A stretch of DNA of 64,000 nt from Cenococcum geophilum. Lineage: Eukaryota. The notes under the pieces were generated by a model that made no database searches, was not told the origin of the DNA, and saw only the letters and a list, made by a program, of their open reading frames with translations. Shown here in pieces: positions 53,981 to 64,000 of the stretch. A program made the translations under genes and the position numbers. Position 1 is the stretch's first letter, and each line of letters begins with the position of its first letter. The stretch covers positions 21,018,001-21,082,000 of the forward strand of contig CP158635.1 in the NCBI GenBank assembly GCA_050273025.1. The letters run 5' to 3'.

Positions 53981-56825
53981 TACGACTTTATTTATAGGTA
54001 CTAAGATATATCTTTTACTTATTTAGTCCTCTAATTATTCCTCTAGATCCTTTAATATTATAATTAAGGCTCCTTTAATATAAGTTATAGCCTTCTCTAT
54101 AATTAGGTGGTTTTAGATAACTCTTTTATCTAACTATATATAGAAATCTTCCTACTTATTATTATATCGTTGTCTATACCACTTTTAGTATAGCTATTAG
54201 AGTATATATGGCTTATCCGTAAGAAAGTATCTTCTTATTACTATATTATAACAGCCCTTTATATATCGTTCCTTAAACCTAATAAGAATCCCTAAATTCT
54301 CTTTGTTTTCCAGTTTAGTAAGCTACTTAGCTCTTAGTATGCCTATTCTAGGCCTACTAGTAATTCTTTATATTAGTGCTCTGTCCTTTATACGTTCTAA
54401 TATACTAGATCTCTTATCTAGTTTCTGTTCTTATTATGCGATAATTCTTTACCTAAATTCCTCTATGGTTTCTTTTAGTTTACGTCTTATAGATAGATTC
54501 TTAAAGTCTTTTTACTTCTTAATTTTAGTATTATATTCTTTAATAGTCCTTATTTTTATCTAAAAATCTTAGTCCTATAGGATTCTCAATCCTAAGCTTA
54601 CTTCTGTCTTAAGCTTAGCTCCAGCCTTAGTTTAACTAGGCTTACTTAGTGCTCTTATCTCATCTTAAAAGTCTTAAATCTTACTTATCTTATCTTAAGA
54701 ATCTTATGCCTTTAGGAAACTTCGTCCTAAGCTTATTTATATATTATTAAACTAAGCTATTACTCTACTCTATTGGTTATCGTCTATTATAGGTCCTTAA
54801 GCTTACCTTATCTCGTCTTAAGAATCTTAGTCCTTTAGCCTTTTACCTTTATTAAGTGCCGAAGTAGCTTATTATTCTACTTCTCTTACGTCTTATAAAG
54901 CAATAGACATTATATCTAGTAGGGTCTTAATCCCTACTAATATTCCCTATTCTATAGTAAAATTATCCTCTACCTCTTATATAACATCTTTAAGGTCTAT
55001 ATATTTCTAGTAAACCGCCTCTATTACCTTATCGTTATAAAATGTTTTGCCTATATTAAAGTTATTATCCTTAATATCCAATCTGCGAACTAGTTTATTG
55101 GTTCCTTTATATTCCGCTAAATATAGCTCCTATAGCTAATAGCTTACGCCGTATTTAGCGTCCTTATAAATTTAGTATACGTTATTATAATAAAACGCAA
55201 AACTTTTAATTAAATATTCTTTTGTTCCTTATAGTATATTATCGTCCCTCTATATATATATATTGTCTACTAGTCTTATCCCTTTTACTATATAGTAACT
55301 TTAACCACTTTTATAGTCTTTAATATAATAACCTTATTTTCCGCAATTTATATAAGCTCCTTTTTTAAACTATTTTTTCTGTTATAGAGTCCGCCTAAAT
55401 ATCTTCTGCTACTAAGATCCCTAATTTAGCCTTCGCTCCTTAGACCTTTAATTACTTAATCCTTATCCTCTAGGTTTCTATAGTCGTTCTTTAAACTATT
55501 TCTTTTCTTTAGTACTACTTAGGTCTATTAGCTCTGCGCTATACTATAGTTTTTAACTTAGCTTTAGTCGTTATGTACTCTGCGCCTTATATAACTATAG
55601 AACTCTATCCTAGCCTTTTTTAGCCTATTCGCTTTAGTAGATCTAATTATTAATCTTAATTACTTAATCTATTAGTTCCCTTAGGGTTTCCATATCTTCT
55701 ATTAGGATAATTATATCCTAGACTTTAGCCTTAAGTCCTTATTTATACTATACTATAAGCGCCTTATTATTCCACTTAACTTATATTACTAACGTCTGGA
55801 ACTACGTTGTATACTTAATTACTAAGGTTTATTATATAATATCTTAGAGTTTTCTTTCCGCTATAGTTACTGCCTCTAGGTCTTTAAATATCTATATAAG
55901 TTGCTCTATAAACCCTTCCTAGCTTATAAATATAAACCATACTTCTTAATTAGTAGTTATTATTCCATTCGCTTATATTTCCATAAGGTAAAGCTTAAAT
56001 TATTTAAGTGCTCTTTCTAATAGGAATAGTCCCGTATACGCTATTCGATCTATAGGTATTAGTAGCTTAGCTCCTTCTTACGTAACCTTAAAGTATATTT
56101 ACGTAAGGAATTCTTTAAGTTTTAATCTTTCTCCTAAATACCTTTTAATTAATAGTAGTTTAATCTTTGCTGCTCTTATCCTATTAATCCTATTTTCTAA
56201 TATTATATTATTTTCTGTTAGTTAGTTAACTATTTCTTATAGCTGTCTAACCGTTATAGGTTGCTATAAGTTAGTGTCTGCTATACTGGTGTCTTTACCT
56301 AACCTTAAAGTAGTTGCCGCCGTTAATAGCGTTATAGTGGCTGTTTTTGGTGGCATATTGTTTAACTTTCTATATTTAATACCGTAACTAGGTAGTAATT
56401 ATGTAACTGAACCTTATAGCAAGTACTATAATAGACTTGTTAATGGGCTAGGTGTATAAGTAATGCAAATTAAAGTTAACAATATAATAATAATTAGTAG
56501 AGTGGTTGCCTAATAGATTAACTCCAATTATATTCTGAGAATTACTATAAGGAAGGAACTATCTAGGTAGGGACTAAGGGTTCTTAAATACACAACCGTA
56601 CTCCTATAAAATCCTTCTTATATATAATATACGTATACTCTAACTACTCTATTACGGATTATATAGATCCTATAGATTATACAGATTATATCACGTAACC
56701 TTAGTTACTATTCCTCATTATATAGCTCTATTGGCTCCATCTTAGACTGTGCCTAAATTAACTAACTAGCTTCTTCCGACTCTTCCCTAAGTAGTCGTAA
56801 TATTATACTTAAAGCGTCCGTAACA

Positions 56826-57355
56826 GATAGCTTATATATAGGGAGCTTAGCTTTAAACTAGGTCTTCCTATAAGTTAAAGTATATTATATTAAATATTAT
56901 ATAAATACTATATAAAAAATAGCTAGCTAAGAAATAGCCTTTACTTATGAAGGACTTAGTAAAGGCTTAATTAAGGTAGGTAATTAAATATAAGAAGTGG
57001 GAGTAATTAAAGTAGGCTAAGATTATATAAAGTAATAAGTGTTTAGTTAAGAGAAGTTTTAGTAGGCAACGGTTTTATATCTTTTATATACTATAATAGT
57101 AATAGGATAAAGATAAGATTTATACTTATAAAAAGGATAAAGAGTATATAGTTATAATATAGGTAAGCTTTTCTAGAGCTTTTAGAAGGTCTAATTTGGT
57201 GGTTATAAAAAGGAATAAGAAGTTACCTAAGGGGGAGTACTCTGCTTGATCTTATATTTAAAATTTAAATAACTAAATACCTTAAGTTTATAAGCCTAAT
57301 TTCTAATTTATATAGGATAATGCTCTAATATATAAATTAAAGCTTATAGCTAAGT
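56826..57355 (+). mobile_element. Tc1/mariner transposase middle fragment
   Basis: Colinear with 28925-29412. Confidence 0.8.
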
Positions 57356-57361
57356 GGTTTA

Positions 57362-58594
57362 TATTATAGACCTTATATTAACAGTAGTACGGCTACTAAG
57401 AAGAGATATAAATAAGTTAGTTAAGACAGTACAGGAGGCACTAAAACCGATCGAGCTATAGAATAAGGGGTAGCTAAGTTACGTAGCCAGTTACGTTATA
57501 AGTTTAGAACGTAGGAATGTAGGAATATAAGAACGCGACGTACTAACATACTAACGTACTAACGTACTAACGTACTAAGCATATTTCTTAGACGCAGTAT
57601 TATATATTTAAAGGACTACAGTCCCTACCTAGATAGTTTTCTGCTTTATAGTAAATCTTAAAATATAATTAGAGTTAATCTATTAGGTAACTACTCCACT
57701 AGTTATATTATTGTTATTAACTTACTAATTACCTATATACTTAGCCCATTAATAAGTCTACTATAGTATCTCCTATAAGGCTTCGTTATATATTTACTAC
57801 TTAGTTACAGTATTAGTAAGTTAAGTAATATGCCACTAAAAGTACCAGTTATAACACTATTAATAATAGCAACTACTTTAGGAATAAGTAGAGATACCAG
57901 TATATAGAATACCGACTTATAGCTTATTACGGTAGGTTAATTATATAAAATGGTTAATTAATTAATAGATAATAATTAAATACTTAAAGAATAAATTAAT
58001 AGTATTGGAGCAGCGAAGGTTAAGTTACTATTAGTTAAGCAATTCTTAGGGGAGAATTTAAAGCTTAAAGGGTTTTTAGTATAAATGCGCTTTAAGGTAA
58101 TATAGGAAGGTGCAAAGCTTACTATATTAATAGACTAAGTAGTCTACGCGGGATTGTTTTTAATAGGAAGAGCACTTAAGTAGTTTAAATCTTACCTTAC
58201 TAAGATATAAGAGCACGGAAGCATAACTATAGACCTAGAAGTTAAGTTTATATTCTTAAGTTAGGGAGGATTCGCGGAATAACTTATATAGATATTTGGG
58301 AACCTAAAGGTAATAACTACGGTAGAATAAAAGCTCTAAAACCTAGTATAATAAACCTTAGCAATTAAGTATATAACGCAGTTTTAAATACTAGATATAT
58401 AGATTAAGTGGAATAATAAGGCGCTTATAGAATAGTATAAGTAAGGACTTAAAGTAAAAGTCTAGAACGTGATTATTCTAATAGAAGATATGGATATACT
58501 ACGAGAACTTATAAATTAAACGATTAAAATTAATAATAGGATCTACTAGAGAGAATAGACCAAGAAGGGTTAAAATAGAGTTCTATAGTCGTAT
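57362..58594 (+). mobile_element. Gypsy 5' LTR (ends 57790) + gag start, A/B-related subfamily
   Basis: The LTR 3' half and gag match 34290-35280. LTR start approximate. Confidence 0.8.
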
Positions 58595-61500
58595 TGTGGT
58601 GGTGCGATTTGGCCCCTGGATTTAATATCTAGATTGGGCATAGCTTCGGGAAAGCTTAGGCCTTCTATAAGTTATATAGATCGGTCTAGAGCCTTTAGAG
58701 TCTTTAATAACTTAGATAGGCACGACGGACACACAATATACTCTTTTCTTCTCTTCTTACTGACTGCTTTCCTACTGATTTCTACTAACTAATTACGACC
58801 GACCGACCGACCTGACAGCACTGTGACTTCCTATCTAAGAGGGACCGCGTACACTACTACATATGGTATTCCACGTAGGGATGACGGCAAGCTCTTTAGA
58901 TTAGAAGTCCAGCGCTATATACATAGGAGACGCATAGAAACGTGCTACAGCCACAGAAGGACCAAAAACTGTTAAGTCACTATTACCGGAAGCCGTTAAG
59001 TCACTAATAGGTGCGGAAATTAAGCACGGAACTATTAGCGACGTACGCGCAGGCACCGCCATTATTAAGATAAGTTAATAACACTTTCGGAGATTGTTAT
59101 CTGAGACCTATAGTAGACGAAATAGATAATTAGGAGTAGAAATGCGAGTATAGGGTACGGCAGGACGAAGGATAAAAGAGAGGGCTATAAGGCATCAGGA
59201 CCAGTAGAAAAAAGTCTTAAATTTTTTATTTACTATATTTGCAACGGTCTATATAATTCTTCTAGCATTTATATAAGCCTCCCTTAAATTTATAAGAGTA
59301 ATAGCGACGGGACCGATAAAGGGAATACTAGGGATGCTAGGCCCATTCTATAATGACGGCGGAGAAGAAAGTAGGCAGCCTATTAACCTACGAAGTTTTC
59401 TTAACCTAAAGGATGCGGTACTAGACCTAACTCCTACAACGTTTAGAACTAATAACCTTTAGTAAAAAGAGGATAAGAACTAGGAGGTTAACTTGCCTAT
59501 TCTAGAAGAAACTGCCAGTCTATTGCCTTGCGATAAACTACTAATAGAACGAGATAAGGTATATATTATGGCCTAACTTATACTAGCTCTAGGGACTCCT
59601 TACTTTACGGGATAAAACGTATTATAATTTATTAAACAGTACGAGTAACTGTGTATTTAATACTATGTTACGAATAATAAGAAGCATTAAGGACTTCTAA
59701 AATATTGCGACTATTAGATAGGGACCTAGATCTAAAGTTTACCTAAGTTTATTATTGGCAGATAGACGGAACTCGTAGAAAAGCTTTAGACAGACTACTA
59801 AGGAAGTAACTACTTTTAATAAGTTGAGACGGTAGAATTCTTAGAAGCGTATATACTATAGTATAGGAGTAACCCACTTAGTAGTATACGCGAGTACTAT
59901 AGATAATTTATACTGATTTCCTAGAAGGTTACTAAAGCTAGTAATTTGGAAAACTATAAACGAGGATACTGGTTTATAAAAGGACTCCTATTTAAATATT
60001 AAAAATATACTATAACTAAAATAGGAGCTGACCCGGATAGATAAGAGTCTTTTAACTTCTACCTACTAAGGAGGGCTGTAAAAGATAGGCTTAATTTATA
60101 TAAGGGCGTAGACCGCTTATTAATAATAAACCCTAAGGAGCAAGGTCTCCGTTAGCTGGTTAAACAATTCCATAAGTAGTAGCCGGCTATATTAAACCAG
60201 AGAGATGCTGCTCTTTGGCCACCTGTAGTCTCTTAGCTAAATAAGTTGGTAAGTGCCCGTTAAATAACCTAAGAGACGGACCCTAAGCTAGAGAACCTTA
60301 CTAGTTAACTCTAAAAGCTTAATCTTAGGACGGTTAAATTAGCAAGCGTTATATCTTTAATAATATTCCTTAATAGGATTCGCTAAGACCTAATATAGTA
60401 TATGCAGCTCCTAAATAAGGCGTTAGTGCGTTAAGAATAAGCAGGTCCGTAACTAGTAACAAATAATAACGGACTGCTGCCATCCTATAAGGGGGCGTCT
60501 TAAGAGCGATATAAGCTAGGCTTAGGAAGGTATAGAGGACTAGGAAACTTTAGTGCATACTAGGTATAAGCTAAGACGTATTATAGATGTAGAGGCCCTT
60601 ATTGTTTTATTAACTAATGCCTAGAGCTCTAAGAATTAGTTAGCTAGGGGTTCCTATATATAAATAAGAATAACTAAATCTATACTAAAACACGTTAGCG
60701 CCTAGGAAATCCACTCCCGTATTTACTAAGTAACAATTAAATTTAGTTCCTTAAAGACTGGCTAAGGTAGAATACGAATATTAATCTTAATGCGACGGCG
60801 ATAGGTATCTAACTAAATACGTCCTTAGTAAAGCTTATAGAAAGTAATGGTGCTAAAAGCGAAGAAGAGCTTGGCGAGTCCTAGGAAGATGTATATTAAG
60901 TAGAGTTGGTATATATTAATCTAGTAGGAGCAGTAACCTAGTTATAGCCTATAACACGGTTATACAATCTTAGAAAGCCAAGAGGAGATATAAGGGTGAC
61001 GAAACCACCTCTAAAACCAACTGGTTCGTAACTGGCAATAGTTTAAAATATACAACTAGGAGGACATATATAAATCGCACTATAACTATAGCAGCAGGCC
61101 CCCTAATTACTAGTAAATAATAAGGAGACTAACAAAATGGACTATACTAAATAGCTAAAAAGAGAAGTAGAGTAAGGAACGGAAGCGACCGTGACCGCTA
61201 AAGCACCGCAATTAAAGCTGGTTAGGATAATAGACATACTAAAAGGGAAAGTCCTAAGCCCAACCGTAATAGCGGATAAGATCTTATTAAAAACTATTAA
61301 AGTTACTATTGGTAACTGCCTTGTGTATATACCTAAAGTCGCAAGGTTATTCTTTAAGCCTCTCCTACTACCTCTTATAGAGCCTTACTAATAAAAGTAA
61401 GAGGGCGTTAAGGCATCTATATTGTCGGCGTACCTAACGTTTTATGCTAATTAAGCTGGCCTAATAACTACGGAGGTAGACTAGATTAAACGGGAAGTGG

Positions 61501-61790
61501 GATTTACCCGGTTTTAACGACGATATCTAAAGATGGAAGTATAGATAGGAGATAAAAGGGTTAAGTACTTAATTAACTTTGGAGCGGAGCTTAACCTTAT
61601 TAAGGAAAGTATGGCTTTATAATACGGCTTACCGATATTAAGTCTGCCCCTATAGTTATAGGGTATATATTTAACGTCTGTAAATAGGACTTAGTCTAAG
61701 TTTATTGGATTGGTATATATAGCCCCTATAGTTATAGGGGACGTCTTAATATCTATAACTTTTATTACTATGGGAGAAATGTTATATAAG
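58595..61790 (+). mobile_element. Different Gypsy-like element (LTR 58595-58955, gag, protease relic) nested in the previous element
   Basis: LTR TGTGG...CCACA; protease-like LI(D)(S)GAELNLI at ~61569. Confidence 0.75.
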
Positions 61791-64000
61791 TGTCACGGGA
61801 CACCCCCGTGACACCTTATACACGTCCACCTGTTTCCACCAACTTAGCAACTAAAGACTAACTACAAGACGGCAATTTGCGGCAATCTAATAGCAATCTG
61901 CCATATTCTGCCATATTCCACTAAGTTCCACTAAATCCTGTTAAGTTCTACTAGGACTACTACCTAAATCCTATTTTACTCTATATACGTATTAACTAAG
62001 CAACCAAGCTAACAATATATACCCTTTCTTCCTGTTTTCCTGCCTTCTCTCCTTACGTAACGTCTTGACTTCTTACACAGTTTATATATATAGCTTAATA
62101 ATATCTACCTTGCTATATATTATCGCCGCTTATACTCACTCCGTAATACTACATTGCGTTAACTTTATATACCACCTCTGAAATATAGAATAACCCCAAA
62201 GCCCCTATAACGGCCGCCGGTATTATATCCGTACTTTAAGAATAACTAGTAAAGATATAAAAGTCTTTTACAGACGCCCTCATATAAAACTAAGCCACTT
62301 TAAATTAATAATAAGCTAAATAAGAAGTACGATACTAGTGATTAATTAAGGACCTCTAAGAAGAAATCCGTATACTTAAGATGCTTATATTAGGGCCTTA
62401 AGACCGGATATTATCTCTAGAGATAAATACGCGGAACGTAAGCCCTAAACCTATAGTAGCTGTTTACCCTAAACTAACTATTGCACCGTAATAATCCGAA
62501 TGGCTACCTAACTCTTTAGTATTTACTAGTAAATATTAAGAGCTCTAATTATTCCTAAGCTAGCTTAGGAATAAGCTAACTAGTAACGCTAACTATTACC
62601 TAACTAAAGCTAACCGACTATGTTATGCCCTAAGTTAACTAGGAGGAGAGGCAGCTAACCTTATTAAACCCCTCTAACTGAACTTAGTATAAAGCCTAGT
62701 TATACTTCTTAAAGCTACATACAGTAATCCGAACCGCCAGACTACTACTTAAAAAAAGATAAACCATATAGCTTAAGGAATAAAAAGTTTCCCAGTATAC
62801 TTCTCTAAATTTAACCGTTACGTAAAGGAGACTGGCAGAAACAACTCTATACTGGTTAATAGCCTTATTAAATCCCTAAGCCCTAAACTAAAAACCTCCT
62901 TAATAGGTGTAGACCTACTAGGAGCCCTTAATGCCTGCGCAAACGTTATTAATAAATAGTATAACAATATACTACGCCTAACACCGAAGCCCGCCCCCCA
63001 ATATAATATGGCAACCCCACAAACGTCTACTAAGTTATTGTCTTAGCTTAAGCATTCTAACGCCATAGATATTGACACTAGAACCCTAGAGTACGCCCTA
63101 CTAGGATCCCCTAAATAAGAAAGACGTATTAAGCTAGGCCTCTGCTTTAAGTACAGAAGTAAGGACTATATCTTAAAATACTACCTTATCCCCTTACCTA
63201 CGTCCCGAAACGATTTACAAACGGCCAATACTAGCAGCCGTTTACTATATCAATCTTCTAGTTACCGTCCCCGATCTTTACCTGGTTCCAGCCCCGTATC
63301 TAGTAAGCACTATTTATAAGGGTAAAGCTATAACCGACGTTCTATAGGAACCCCTTCCCGCTTGCTACTAAAAGGTATATTTTAGAGTTAAGTTGCTCTC
63401 CGGGACGGCTCTACCTTAGGATCTCATTAAATGCTTTAGATATTACGAACTCTAACTCTTAGGATTATAGTATAACCATTAACTGTTATCTCTAGTAGAA
63501 TAATTAATAGGCTAATACTTAAGTCCTAATTAATACAGGAGCTAGTGGCATAGGATTTATTAATAAGATCTTTGTATAAGATAATGGTTTTTACCTAACC
63601 CCCCTTAACCGGCATATTGATGTATTTAGATTTAATGGCAAACGTATAGTCTTAGGTTGAATTACCTACGTAGTATACCTAAGACTTTAATACCTAAACC
63701 ACGAAGAACTGATTAAGCTCTTTGTTACTATATTAGGTCACCCAGTAATCCTTAAATAACTTTAGATAAAGCTATATAAGGTGACTATTAATTAGGACAA
63801 CCTTAAGCTTCTATTTACCGCCTCCCGTTATAAGTAAAAGTGCCTTATAACGCACTATCCTAACCCTAAACTAAAATCTAGGAAATCTACTAAAATCTAT
63901 TAGCCTAAGATTTCTACTAATGTCTACCCTGTGCCTGAGAAATCCACTAGATTTTACTAACCTAGGAATTCCACCGAATTCTACTAACGTAAGATTTCCA
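61791..64000 (+). mobile_element. Gypsy 5' LTR (61791-62148) + gag + protease relic, running off the window
   Basis: The LTR TGTCACGGGACACCCC matches 28556-28924. Motifs: LCFK(C)(G)SKD(H) knuckle (~63140), LI(D)TGASG (~63626). Confidence 0.88.

Larger units (their letters stand above)
33988..56825 (-). mobile_element. Gypsy copy B (5' LTR ~56402-56825; internal 47986-56401; 3' LTR split into 33988-34043 + 47613-47985)
   Basis: LTR termini TGTAAC/..TAACA. The internal region is the reverse complement of copy A (gag, protease, RT, RNase H, integrase, chromodomain), RIPed. Confidence 0.9.

Noticed and set aside
33983..56830. TSD for Gypsy B
   Set aside because: The flanks read GATTA and GATAG, a difference RIP alone cannot explain, so no TSD is claimed.
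1..64000. Starship or other giant tyrosine-recombinase element carrying the NLR
   Set aside because: No DUF3435 captain or recognisable boundary is visible in this window.

Overview
Fungal (filamentous ascomycete-like) genomic DNA. About 90% is a nest of transposon relics carrying the RIP signature (CpA->TpA and TpG->TpA changes, frames full of TAA/TAG). The relics include Ty3/Gypsy LTR elements, two LINE families, Tc1/mariner, hAT and Plavaka-type DNA transposons, MITEs and solo LTRs. Only two intact, spliced host genes survive, and they are convergent: (1) a 346-aa SesB/DUF676-like alpha/beta hydrolase (+, 16207-17408) and (2) a ~1118-aa NLR (NACHT, ankyrin, ~12 near-identical 30-32-aa repeats; -, 33409-29891). 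Manual splicing exposes a feature the ORF track hides. The hydrolase C-terminal exon (VNFSNKIDNNRGVIMGHA...RITGSST) and the NLR N-terminal micro-exons (MNFGEISNNRGVVLGAA...QVIGSQT) share a short N/G/V-rich motif. This is the architecture of a two-component NLR amyloid-signalling (prion-like) cell-death module, and the motif is not one I can assign to the HET-s/HRAM, sigma or PP families. Gene models and TE boundaries were derived by eye and need computational confirmation.
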